DNA of 59,615 nucleotides, taken from positions 1 through 59,615 of the forward strand of contig ADNK01002659.1 in NCBI GenBank assembly GCA_000320545.1. The letters run 5' to 3'. Source of the stretch: Bigelowiella natans CCMP2755 (Eukaryota > Protista > Cercozoa). Of the stretch, positions 44,988-58,551 are shown piece by piece (within the stretch, counting starts at the first letter, position 1; each line of letters opens with the position of its first letter). Position numbers and translations under genes: made by a program. The notes under the pieces were generated by a model. The model saw only the letters and a list, made by a program, of their open reading frames with translations. It was not told the DNA's origin and searched no databases.

Positions 44988-45980
44988 AACTGAGCAACGC
45001 TGCTCGTTCGCATTGCGACGTTGCGTGCTGCATTGTGTGTCTCCATTGCTGGATTGTGGCAATCTGGCAATGCCCAAGTCCAGGAATGGCCTGGAAGTGT
45101 TTTGACATCCCAGTGACAATTTGAGCGCACACACGCGGACTTGCTTGCAATTGGCGCAGCAACTGGCGTGAGCTGCAGTTTGTGCGTGACGCACTGCTGG
45201 ACTGGCCGCCGCTCGTGGACCACACCCACTGCACCCACGTTTCACTTCTTCAGCATCGGCAGTGGCAAAAATTGCAAAAATGCGAAAGTGAAAATTTGCC
45301 TGTTGACGACCCAGTGCTGAACCTGGTTGCAAAAATGACGTGGTGAAAACCGTGGGCACGTCACACGTCTTGTTGGTGCTTGAAAACCGCACAGCAAGGA
45401 AGGACTCAATTGAACAGGTTTTGTCTCCAAATCAACTGGTGCGCAGTTGAGTCGGCGTTTGGCATCAGGGGAAAAATCGCTTTTGCTGCAAACAGAGAGT
45501 GAGGTGCTGACTTCATTGTGTTTCCTTGTGAGGCGTTGCAGGATGAAATGCACGTTGAAATTCAAAACCCAGCTTGCAATTCGATCTTGATGAGCTTGAC
45601 GGAAAAACACTGCGATCTCTTAATGAACGAACGATGAAAGTGTGATGTGGAATTCATTTTTTTTCAAAATGATCCACAGAGAGTTGCGAAAATTGTCTTC
45701 ATTCATGATCATCCTGCATTCAGATTGAAAATGGTCATTTAGACTGGTTTTGAAGAATGTCATCGTTGCTTTCCAAAAGACTTTTCTGCATTGGTGCTGC
45801 CAGTGAGAACGGCATCCATTTTTGACTGAATGAAGTCGAGGCAACGCAAAAATGAAATTTACAAAGTGCACAATTGTGGGTAATAATGTTGCACAAATTC
45901 CTTGACACAGACAGCAAATGGATTGCATTCATGTCCCATTTGAATTGCCGTTTTCCAGAGAAAATGAGAATAACGACATT
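44988..45980. other. TpA-free/TpA-poor relic DNA (continuation of 39108-39271, split by the LTR element)
   Basis: No TA from 44988 to 45620, then only scattered TA to ~45980. ORFs lying wholly inside contain no Tyr. Confidence 0.85.
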
Positions 45981-46391
45981 TCATACATGCTGTCGTAGAG
46001 GACAAATGCAGACCGTTGTACTGAAGCAATCATCATCGAACATCGGACTATTTAATTGATCGTTTGCAAAGGCAACATGGGATGCGCCGGATCTGTACAG
46101 AGCACGTTTCAAATAGCAGAAGCCATTAGCAGTAAGAGTTGAATATTGTTTTCCGATAAATATGTGCGCACTAATTGGAATAAAAATGTAATGAAGCACA
46201 ATCTCACGAGCAGTTGCAAATTGCAGTGAAAACTGACATGGTCGATCACGCCCTCACCCAATTTTATTTCTTACGCTAGGAACCCCATTAGTGCTGACGT
46301 ACGATAGTGAACAAATAGAAGAACTATCAAGTTTGCTCACTCTCAAGGCGTAATCCTTTTCAATAGAAAATTAAGCCACCATTTCACCCTA

Positions 46392-49300
46392 ATGAAACTA
46401 ATGACAGAAGATGCCCTGACCAGACAATCATACTAGCACTTTTACAGATATCGAAAAGGACAAAAGATTATTTCAAGCAAAGCATTTCCGAAGGACGCAT
46501 TTGTGCTTATCAATGTAGATAGAGTCTCCTACTCTGAGTATAGCTCTTACCTTTTCGATTACCAACCATCCTTAGGGCAAAGTTACGTTAAAGGTTGGCG
46601 AGAGAGCTGCTAATCTTTACTCAATGGATGTCAAAAAACTGTTTAAAGAAGGTTCTTTCGATAATATTTTACAGAAGGTTCTCTCGATGATAATTTATGA
46701 AATTAATTTCATTAAAATAAATCAGACAGTATATCCATTGAGGCTGGGAAGAGAGTTTCGTATGTAGCTGGCGAACATAGTTTAAGAAACATAAATAAGA
46801 GACGAAAATTAAGGCCTTTAAGGCGAGCCGAATTTGGCACTCAAGATTCAAAGTCTAAAAGGCAGATAGGGGAGATCATCCAGTCCCGAGTAAATATGAA
46901 GAGTCTTGCGGTGAATGCATTAGCAAATCAGAAACCTGAGATTAAGGCCTCACTTACAAGGCAAAATACATCTGAAGAAATATTATTCGATTATCCCAAA
47001 ATATGCAATCTAATATGTTTAAGGTTCAATAAGCCTTCAATTGTCTCTGAGTTTGAAATTGAAAAAGAAGGCCCTTGCCTATTGGCTGAAAAGGCATATT
47101 TCATGCTTCAGGGTAACAGTCAGTTTGTTCTAATTTTTTTAATTCAAATATCTTAGTCGCTGTGGAAACCATTGGAAGAACTAAAAGCCGGGGATTGTCC
47201 TGAAATTATTGTGTCACAGGATTCTCTAATAGCAACTATCACCCCAAAGTCGTAAGCATATCAACTACATGTTGGTTATGAAGCATGTAGTAACGTAAAC
47301 TGTAACATGTATGTTTCATAGGATCATGAAAAAATTCAACAAAAATGCCAGGAATCTTGAGTGTAGTTTGAGGTTGAAGGTAGCCTCCACAAGTCCACAA
47401 GTAAAAATCGGAGACTATGATCATCTTCGTATAATGATTGTATAGGGCGTATTTTCGGGTGGAATCCTCACTATGCTTCAGCAAATTGACTTTCTTTCAG
47501 CTTTGAATAAGGTAATACAAGTTTTTATAGCTAATATAGATGTAAAAATTCATATATATATATATATATTCATAAAACCTTTCCTTTAAATTGAAACATA
47601 ATACATAAAACTTAGAATGGACTTGAAGTCCTATCAAATGCTTTAAAATACCAAGTTTTGGCTCCAGGAGAAGTACATTCAAGAAGCCGAAGGCCGATGT
47701 ATAGATCTTTCCGTAGACATATGTTCCTTTAATCTACAGGTATTGTTCAAAGAAGGGTCGACTGGATCCGAGTTTTATATGGTGTATCAGGGCGAGGTTT
47801 TCTGCTTTACATTCAAGAAGTAAGGGGGAAATTAAGACATCTGTTTTAGGTGGATATCACGAAGGAAGTTACAAAAATAAAGAGGACCGTCGCATCAGTA
47901 TCCTATACTGCTCTATAGTAAGTTAGATTCAATCATACATTCTTGAATTTCAGAATCGTGATGCTCGAGAGAGCTTCACCAACATCACAAATGATGCAAA
48001 AGTAACTTCTCTCGGGGCTGGAGATTTCTTTGGGTTTAGAAAAATGATAACATTAAATATATGTTTTAATTGCTGCTGTACTTTTTCGAATAAGTATCAC
48101 CTTGGCTAACACTTCTCTGCATCTAGGGAGATAACTCTTCTGACTGACATGCCCAGAACTGCTACGGTAGTTTATTCAAGTTCATATGCAAAAGGAGTGT
48201 TACAACACGTTATAAATAAGGTTACTGGGAGTACCGACTGCAGCTACTGTGTCATCCTATCGATAGAAAAACGCAGCTTCAATAAATTCATCGACGTCCG
48301 AATACATGTTATAAATGGACTAACAGGGTCTAATAACTTTAATGGTACTTACCATTCTTCAGGCTGTCGAGCTTGATTTTGTTGAAATAATGAAAGAAAG
48401 AATTTGTGAGCAGGTTCAACAATTATATCTCCCTTGACCAGAAAGAAGATCTGAAGATAGTTTTTGTTTCAGTTTCGGTCAACAGATTGCGCGTTCTTTC
48501 AGAACTTCCCAGAGTAGTTGTAACAAGTTGATATTGTACTACGCAATAATATTTTGGCATCGTTTATCAAAGGTCTAGAATGCCTGCGCTGGCAAAGGAG
48601 TGCGAGCTCACCAAAGTAGGGTGTGCTATGAAAACTATTTGTTCATATTGTAAGTACGTGGATTGATCAATGAACTAGGTGACAGAAAATGAATGGATAT
48701 TCAAAGAAGGGGACGAGGGGGACCAATTTTATATCATTGTTGGAGGGAAGGTCACAGTGTCTCGGGAAGGAAGAGAAATTGCCACTCTCTCAAGAAATCA
48801 ATATTTTGGTCTGTAATAGTTTACTTGTAGATGATGTTCACAGATGACCCATACAATTTTAACAGGCGAAATCGCGTTAATTTCTGACTCTCCAAGAACA
48901 GCGAGCGTGCAAAGCAAATCGACATGTCTACTTCTATCTATGACAAAACACAGCTTTCGCACAATGTTTTATGACTGTCCAGAGAGCCTTGCCGAAGTAT
49001 TTACTAATTTCCTAGCCTATGATCTTTGTGCTTGAATATGAAAATGAACATAATATTTGAATTAGGTTGAACTTAAAATCCTTGGAAAGAAAACCTCCTT
49101 GCGCTCGGTTATCTATCACCCAGAAGGTGCATATTTGAAATTATTCAACAACTATATTGATTACCCTATCCAATTAGGATATAAAATCTTTGAAGCTTAT
49201 CTAGTAGAACGATATGCTGCCGAAAGTCTCAGGTACTCCAGACAAAACTAAATTAATTTTGAAATATAAATAGCTATTTAGGTTTTGGAAAGCGGCTCGC

Positions 49301-51400
49301 ACTTATCGACACAGCATGGACTATGTTTACGAAAGGTTATGTTGGTAATCTACGGTGAAAATTTTCCATATAAGTATGATACTCATTTTAGTATTCAGAA
49401 GGAACGAATGTCTGCTCCTCAAAGAAGCATGCAGTTGAGTAGTCGAGGTTTAATATTAATTTCACACGACGTGTATCAGTATTACGTATCCAACAGAGAC
49501 ACAGAAGGGAATGAAGATTCAAAACAGGCTCATAGAATCAATAAAGCAGATTCGATGCCGACGGAAATTTGTAGCCCAACGATAAAAATAGGTTGGGTGC
49601 TTTGAAAATATTCCTTGATTGTATACAGTCTACATATGTTCTTTTTCTGTTTTTACTAAAGCTAAGGATGCAAATTTTGATGGAGGCAGCAAAATAAAAT
49701 ATGAACCTGAAAATTTGACGGAAGGACAACATGCAGCCATAGATGAAACAGCAGATAGGAAAACTAAGAATAACGAGAAAGAAGAGGAAGAAGCAAAAGA
49801 TAGGGAAGGAATTTCACAAATGGAAGAATCCACAATTCTCACCGGAGATTTGGAAGAAACAAACGAATCGTTGCTGTTACAGAGCCCTCAGGCACAAGTG
49901 AACTTTCATGAAGACGATCACAACCTAAATCCTGAGACTCCTACAAAATACCTAAAGAAGACGCTAAAGTATAATCTTTGTAGTTTTTTTTCATTTATGG
50001 TATCCTTTTTCGAAAAATAAGGACTCACTCACAATTCATATTATGATGAAATTCCCTCGTTATAGGTCAAGTAGCACAGAGTTTTCTCCTCCCGAAGAGG
50101 TTTGCAGAGCAACTTCAGAAAGACAATACCTCCGACTTCATTATCTAAGCATCCTAGTTGTATCCGTGCATCAACTTCAGCGCTATAGCGCGCCACTAGC
50201 CAACTCTTGCATATTCATGACAATTAGGTCAAACAGAAGAAAAGCCGGCGAACTCATACAATTCTCTTCGAAAGGGTTTGATCCAATAAATTGACGTAAA
50301 ATTTAACAACTTTGCAACCATCTCTGAAAAGTAAACTTTTTACAGAGTGTTACCCTTGCACAAGCAGAAGAGCCAATTTTAACAGAGGTATCAACGAAGA
50401 AATATGTGCATATATTATTTATGCAGATTCGAAACGTTTTTTGTTACCCTTTAGGATCAGCAACGGGATCTTATCAGAACTGCACAGTTTGTGTTCAACG
50501 AATTTATACGAGTCGGTGCTCCCCAGCAGGTGAAATTTGTAGTTTGATCATACATTGCATGCAGTATTTTAATCTTCCAAAAAAGGTAAACATCCAAGGC
50601 CGAACTCGAGAGAAAATTGTACAAGTAGAAACAATTAAAATATATTTACGCCTATATATATGTACATTATCTCATAGGAAATGAAAAATGCTAGGATCGA
50701 TACTCAGCTTTTTGTTGGTACATTGAAAGCGGAGTAGTTCAGTTGCATATATCTAATTTTTCCCAGTCACATGAAAAAAAAGATGCACTCTGAAAATGTA
50801 ATTTCTGAATCAAAAGAGAACACCAATCACCGTGTCTGCTATGTATATCTTGTGAAAACTGTTTCTGCATTTTTGGGAGTATATCTCTGAGTTTAATGTT
50901 TTACCTGCATATTTTCTATGCTGCTTCCTATTCCAGACGCCGAAACCGAGGCGATTAAACTGCTACAACGGGATAAGTTTCCGGGTTAAAAAAAATTAAA
51001 GAGTTTTTAGATTCATTGAAAGAAAGTTGAATGTCCTTCAGATTTCAGAGCTAGTTCCAGCTTTGAGAACCTCATCAATCTTGTATGCAATGGAACTTAC
51101 GTTGTTGATGAGCGAACTATGAAAGGAGCTAAGAAAATAAGACGAAAATCACTGGATAGGTTGGCATATAGCACTAGTGCTACGATTATCAGAAACATGG
51201 AGATTATCATCAATATATTCACATATTATAAATATAATAATGTTTTACTATCTTCAAAGAGTCCATTCCATTAGTTCATGTGTTTATATTTTCTCGTTCT
51301 TTCGGCTCTGTTGCTTACGTGTAATAAAGCTCACATATCTTGGTGGTTTTTTACTAGGACGAAAAGTAATCATAGCATCGGTGCGTAAAGTTGATTTTTC
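46392..51400 (+). CDS. Cyclic-nucleotide-binding (2-3 cNMP domains) plus RGS domain protein, many short introns (ends approximate)
   Basis: VLFKEGSTGSEFYMVYQGE..LGAGDFFG|EITLLTDMPRTAT and WIFKEGDEGDQFYIIVGGKVTV..QYFG|EIALISDSPRTASV. RGS motifs: FEAYLVERYAAESLR|FWKAA, AQFVFNEFIRVGAPQQ|VNI, AETEAIKLLQRDKFP|FRASSSF. Confidence 0.85.
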
Positions 51401-52283
51401 TATATAAATTGCAATGGATACGTTACAACTCGCCCTTTTTAGCAAAATGATAGACATGCTATTATCATATACAAACTCATGAAAAGGCGTACATCAATAA
51501 AGAGTAATTGCAAAGCTAGCCTAAAAGACCCCGGGATGATGAATAAAATTTGTGCCAGACATGCTAGCATGGATAGGCTAAGAAACCATCTAGACCATGC
51601 GTAGAGATGTGTTAATTAAGCTAATCGTATACACGTCTGCAACAAGACTGTGACTCCTCATTGATCGATGTAGTGGCCATGAGCAATAACGCCATGCGTG
51701 CGCATAGTATGCACAGTATTTACCTTTTTATCTTAATTTTATTAAGCTATGCCATTTAGTTATGCCTGCTGTTAGATGCATACTAGCATACGAGGACAAT
51801 CTAGCATTGGATGCCATTGTAAGCGCTTCTACGAGCCCTGAGTTTCATTGGTGTAGCTATTCTTACACATATCATAGATGTGTGATGTACGCTAGCACTG
51901 CTTGCATGCGATTGCATCAGGTGTGAAGAGCGTTTCTACTTTAGTACTCCATGCATGATTTCATGACATCTCCTAGATCTATCTCTAGACCTACCTATCT
52001 AGCTATGCGCTCAAACATGCTAGCATAGACTCATGGCGTGCATCACAACTAGCAGCCGCACTTCATTGTATAGCAACATTTCATACATAATTTGGTTTTT
52101 CATTCTATCTGATCAATTTTACATATCTTAGCTAGTAAGCAGAGTCTAGCAGTATCCTGGCTGACATCTAGAGCATAGCGCACTGCTGACTGGCTAGCTG
52201 GGGGCACAACAAAAAGCTCAGTGTGCACAACAACCCTGCAAAGCCGCTAGCTTCCTCTGAATGACAAATACGATAGCAGCACA

Positions 52284-52322
<39 letters not shown>

Positions 52323-52478
52323 CTTTACAGACGCACATGTCATGACAATGAATCAAAAGTGTACTCTCTGAAAACCCACACACGTTCGCGCTCTGATAAA
52401 ACTATTTAGAAGCACGCACACACGCACCAACATATATGCACAAATATACACTCACAAACCTCACTATCCACAAGCCCT

Positions 52479-53750
52479 TTAACATTCTAAAATAAAATGC
52501 AAAGAGACAGTGTAAGTCCCCTGAGTAGCGACTTCGATAAAGAGAAGGGAGAGCTGGTTATAACTACTCTGCGATGGGCTGGTGCTTCCTACCTCAAATG
52601 TAACCGGAGGGAACAGAAAGTGGCCTATCGCTAGCCCGATCATCGTTGTGACGAAAAGACCGGCGTTAAATGTCATGCAAACAAGCATCAACCCATACCT
52701 GTGAATCATCCGAATATATGTACTGTTCCGACTCGAGAAACTCATTATAGATACTGTGGTTACCCTATCGATGTGTGCGTTATGTAAAGAAGCGTTTCCA
52801 GGACAATTTTACCCCTGGAACCTACGAGCAGAACTTGTTGCAAGACCTGTAAGAGAAAAATAATCGACAATCAACAGTGAGCCAGCCTCCATCGCTGACT
52901 TCCCACACTTCGGTATATACTAAACCCTTCCCAACCTATTTTATATTTTCCCCCATCCCGAAATACTGACCAGATACTGCTTGAGTATGCATATGGCAAT
53001 AAGTACGAGACATCTAGATAGAAGAGCACGTCGGAAAGTCGTTAATATATGGTTTCAAATACATATTTTTGTCGGCTTACAATACGAAATATGCAGCCGG
53101 ATTCTGCACATGAAGCTGCTCGAATAAAACTATGGTATCGAAGCTCCACTCGAAGAACATTGGCATTTGCATCGAATGCTTTGAGCCGGAGGAGTGATGG
53201 TCAAGATCTGAATGACAACATTAATGTTTGAAAATATGGGATACAGCGGATAATTTTGGGTAGCTTTGCCAGATTATGGGCATGCTACGGCGAAGTATCG
53301 AGATCTTTGATACGCTACGGCCTTTCGAATAGATCCCTACCCCTCTCCAGCATTGAGGCTGCAAGACAATCCTGGAAGCGATGTACACGAGTGTCGGTTC
53401 CGCTGGTCGGGTTCTGTCCCGGATCCAAACACCGTGTATTTTCAACATGCGACAACAATTTTAGCTTTAATCCGGTAGAAAAATCCCATTCTTCTTGTGT
53501 GACTGGTAGCCCGGTTGTCGCTGTAGGCTCTTGCATCCCTTTTCAGTTGTGTTTTCGGTATCCAAATGCGAGATAAAAAAAGGAGGAGATATCCACGAAA
53601 TTTATCCGAAAGACATCAATATTTTGTTGTCGCACAAACAGAACAGTGTCACCGACGAAGAGCAGTTCCCCCAAGTCTCAACCCAAACGAAACACGAACA
53701 AGCTCCCGCCGGGAGGTAGGTCAAGGAGAGTAGACGTGAGAGCTTTTAAC
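52479..53750 (-). CDS. Ctr-family copper transporter (ends approximate)
   Basis: HHSSGSKHSMQMPMFFEWSFDTIVLF (Met-rich motif), LETLLYITHTSIG|YGLMLVCMTFNAGLFVTTMIGLAIGHFLF (MxxxM and GxxxG). Confidence 0.88.
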
Positions 53751-54199
53751 ATGTTCGTTGAATAGAAACCCGACCTGTAAAGAGAGGGTTAACTAGGTGA
53801 AGTGATTTGCAAGGAGCATATATACGAAAAGTAGAAAATTAAGTTTTCTCTCTCCCGAGACTCGCATCTCAAAGACTTTTCAGAGTCTCATACACATGTA
53901 TTTAGGTGGGAAATCAAGATTCTGTAGAAAATTATTCGAGTCTATCGGCTCCATATTATAGTGAGGTTTTCCTACATACTGCAAGGAATCATTTACCACA
54001 TAACACAGAGTCTATACATATTTCGAGTAGAAACTTGATATCGGAGGTGCAGCCTCGATCCATCTCCATCCTCGCTTCCAATCCATTTGATGGCAGATAA
54101 GGTCAGGGAAAGTTAATTCTCTCCGTCATGATTCCAGTGCGATGTCTCACAAGCAAGGAAATTTCTTGCCTTTATATCCATTTTCCCCCTGACCACATC

Positions 54200-57100
54200 G
54201 TAGGATGCAGGCGGACCGAGCTCTCTCAATGAGGAGAGAATGCACGTCAAATCTTCGGAAAGTGAGCAATTAGGAAGTCTTACAGGCAGCAGCTCCGGTT
54301 CAGCGACAAGCTCGACGAAAGGTAATCCGTAGAAAGGGGAGGGTGGGGGGTTCAACAAAGTATGCGAGCACAGACAGAGGCTGTGAGGGAAATTAGGAGT
54401 ACAGAAATTAGGTGGCGACATCATTATCTGTATCAGCGCAAGAGTTATTCCTGGGATTTTGATGATAATTGATGGAATGCTTCAGAGACTTATGCTCCCC
54501 AACCCCCCCCTATGCGCAGAGAGAATAAAGGACTACGAAAACCGGATCAGTAATGGTGAGAAGTCGTATCCTTCAGAAGAGCATCCGTGTGCACGTCTGC
54601 ATTATCGCATACGCAGTCACTATTCGGCAAACGTTTTGCATTCCCTCGAAGAGTTGCACTTAGCTATATATCAATTTTTCCATGTCTCATCACCACCCTG
54701 CTTCATGCATATAATCCAGCCCAAAAGGTCCCGTTCTTGCCCGTCAGTAATGGGAAAAAGAAGAGGATGACACGCTCCAAATCTCCACAGGTACGCATTT
54801 CCCTAAATTAGTTATGAGCCACCACTTTGAATTATCGGCGACTCACAGGAATGTGTCTTTTCAACGAATATTCGGAATGAAGACTAACGTGCTGCATGCT
54901 GTTTTAGCGTCGTTTCCAGCCTAAGGTCACTCGGATCCCGCGATCGAAGACAGCTGATGATTTAGCAAAAGGCCAGGGTCCGGCGACCAACGAAGCCAAG
55001 GATAATGTTAAACACAATGACGACAAGGAGAATAATGACTTTATAGGAAGTAAGGAAAGTGCGTAGATGCTTACTATGTGCCTGTCCTTTGTCGCCCCAC
55101 CCCGTCTTAAGGTACCAACCATCCCGTTTTAGGTGCAATTTCAGGCGTGTGGGGGCGCCCTCTAGATTCAGCGGCCGATGATTACATCCAGTCAGTCTTT
55201 CATTTGCGTTCTGGAAACGTGACCATCGATACTCACCCTCTCAAGTATCTTCCCCCACACTTCCCTCCCGCCCCTCCGATGGCGGGCCCTCGCGAGGGGG
55301 AGGGGGATGGCAAGACGAGGAAAAGTAGCCCTAAGGGGAAGGCAGGCATGCTACGTGACGCCATCAACAAGCCCAAGGAAGTTAGAGAGGCTTTTGGGCA
55401 TGTAATGGATCCCTATGGTGACCCTTTCGCACCGCGCCATGTTTACGAGGTAGGAGAGAGCAATCTATGGATTTCTTCAGCTTAGACTTTGAGATCAGTT
55501 TGTGAGAGGGAATATTGTTCCGATGGCGAGTGAAATTTCATTGTGTGAAGTATTTACGATGAGGTCGGCATCTGCTAGTGTTTGTTTGCTCTGTTTGTTC
55601 GATACTCTCTCATAATACTACCTCCTCGCTGTAGCTCACCGGTCTCATTATCCACCGTCGTCGTTGCCTACTCATCATCATCACCACCATCATCGTTCGT
55701 CATCGCACTTACAATCAGGCTCTCGACCAATATCAAACGGCATGTACCGAAGTCGTATTTCCCCAAGGACAGACAGTGCCGGAACCTGGCAAGGAATCAA
55801 GGGAGGTAGAAAGTCGTCATCGTCATCGTCGTCGTTGTTGTTGTTGATGCTGTTATTGTAGCATAGAAGAGGGTATTATTATTCGATACGTCCACTTGAG
55901 AGAGTTATGTTGTAGGTGCCGAATGATAGTGATATTTCTCTCCATAAACACAGTAGTGCTGGAATTCTTTCTAAAACCTTCCTTTCTCCCCCCCCCCCCC
56001 CCATCCCCCCCCCGCCTAACTCCTAAGGTCGAATTCGCCCAAGATGAGATATATTATTATCCTGAGACTGGGGAGGAGGAAGGTTTTCCTCATTCATCTC
56101 GTCCTTTTTCCTACGCATTTACTTTTAAAATGATGTATGAAACGATGCAAGACGCTTGTTATTTTTTTAATGCGGATGGTTCCATTCTCATTCGCAACAC
56201 TAACAACAACAATCTCCACCCACGCCGGCCTCGGAATCGTCCATCTTTATCATCGCCACCTTAATGCCCCCCTTTCCCCCCTTCCCCCTCATCCCCTCTT
56301 CCATGTCCGGCAGGGTCGAAAGGGAACTGCGGTATAGATGACGATAGAGAAACGAAGGACTGGTGGAAATATGTCCGTGGGAAGAAACCTCCAGATTTCA
56401 TCGCTTCAAGGCCAAATCCCGTACTCGCCTACCTGGCCTTCAGACATCCCCGAACGAATCCCGGCATTAAGCTCGGCAGCTCGCCCAACCCCACCCCCCC
56501 CCCCACCCCCGACTCGGAAGCCTACCGGTTCGTTTTCACGTTTCGCGGCCTTAAAATCATGGGAAACCCGTACCTAGAGCCCCTCCACTGCGAGCTCTTC
56601 ATCGTCGATGTGGCCACGCGCCAACGCGTTTCGGAGACTTTCCGTGTCGCGGTTGATGGCAAAGGGGTTGCCTCCGCCGCCCATAGCTGTCTGTTTAGTG
56701 TGGAGAGGCCTCGCGCATCGCTCTGCCTTGTTGCGAGGGTTACGCGGCGGCTCACGGGGGACTCGAACACGTTCGAGTTCTTATACACCAAGGGACAGGG
56801 CTCCGCTAAGGAAATGAAACGGCACTTGGACGCCGTGGACAACGCGGGGAAACATCTGGAGCGATTCTCCCAGGGATTCGGATTTGGATGGACGCCACTC
56901 TTCGCCCGGAAAGAGAGGAGGGACAAGGGGAGCAACGTCCTCACATTCATTGGCTCCAAGCCGATCTCAATACAGCTCGGGCTGCCCACCCGCCCGGACG
57001 AGGTGTCGCTCGAATGGCTCTGCGACACCATCATGCAGTACAAGGTGAAGCGGAAGCTCAGCGCGTTGAAGAGCACGAAGGCAGTCATCACCGTCGCCGG

Positions 57101-58516
57101 CCAGCCGATGCAGAAGAAGTGGACGCTCACTGATGCTATTCACTATCTCCATCATAAGATCGGCCACGACCTCATCGACGCCAACGGAGCACCCGTACCT
57201 GCCGTCGGCTCCCAACCCCTCCCCTGCATACCCTTCGGGGCCTCGGAAAGGGCGAAGAGGGCAAGGGGTGGGGCCAGCGTTGGTGGTTTAGACCAAAAAC
57301 CATCAGTGGAAGTGCCGCCTAATACTGAGCGGTCAGAGACTGGAGACTCCTCGTCTTATGGCCCCTCGAGCCCTATGCCTCTTAGCAAGTTCATTGACCT
57401 TAGCCCGACCCCCGTGACGCGATTGAAGGCCTTGTCGGAGGAGGGGGGGACTGTTGAGGGGAGGGGCAACGAAAATCCTATCGCGCCATCACCCCGCATT
57501 CCGAAGGCGTTGTCTGCTGGGAGACAGGGGGAGGGGGGGGCAGAGGCAGCGTCAGCAGTGGCAAAGACCGATATTATCAAGTCATCTCCGGAACTCCCGA
57601 ATGCCTCTTCCCTCCACTCGACGGGGGAAAACCAAAGTCAGCAGAGAGAAAGGGGGGTGGGGGTTGCCACTAGTATGGACGAATCTGGGAAAACAACAAC
57701 CGAGGCTACTAGCAGCACGGCAGGTGAGAATGATGATGCCCTAGGCGATGGAGCTGCAGCAGGCACAGCGGTTGATCCAGCGGAGGCAAAGAAGGAGGAG
57801 GCTAAGGATGATGGAGTCGGCGCTACGAAACCAGATGCTAAGCTTCACACTCCCGGTATTATACAGAACATTCACACTCTACCTCTTTGCACATATTCGC
57901 AACCGTCGGTGACTGCAGTAAGTAGCACCAAAACCAAAACTCGGGTGCTTCTTGTTTTTAAGTGGAGAGTAAAATCTCTCCTCCTCCTCTTCCTCCTCCT
58001 CTCTACACCCTCTCTCCCTCAAGAAAGTAATGGTAGGAGATGCGATGACTGGGAGAGAGGGTCATTCAGCGTTCTTGACGGAAAAATCCATATTTAGTAG
58101 TATATTTTAAAATCTTACTGATTGAATCGTCGTTGCTGCTCCTCCTGGTCCCTTTCCCCCACTTGCCCCCCTTCCCCAGACGAAAGCGAGGACGCCAAAA
58201 AGAAAACAAGAGCGACGGCTACAGGCATGGACGATTCGGCAGCTACAGTGACGTTTAACGAATCTGCTTCTTCCAACAAAATTCTGGTTTCAGCGGGGGG
58301 GACTACGGAGCATTTCGAGCGAGAGGAGGAGGAGGAGGAGGAGGAGGAGGAGGAGGAGGAGGGGGGGGGGGAGGATCCATCTTCGAAAACGCGTGGAAGT
58401 GGGAGTGTGTATAATGGCGAATCAGATCATGGGTCCTTCTCCCTTTTATATCATGTTTTGTTTTCTTGCTTTCTTCCACCCTCAAAGCCAACATTTTCCC
58501 ATCGCATCGCATCCCC

Positions 58517-58551
<35 letters not shown>

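Noticed and set aside
39210-45124. Plus-strand ORFs through the LTRs and antisense to gag-pol
   Set aside because: They are identical only because the LTRs are identical, or are shadows of the long ORF. They carry no motifs.
39082-46250. 11-bp inverted repeat CGTGATCGACC / GGTCGATCACG as DNA-transposon TIRs
   Set aside because: Too short to be significant in 60 kb, with no TSD or transposase.
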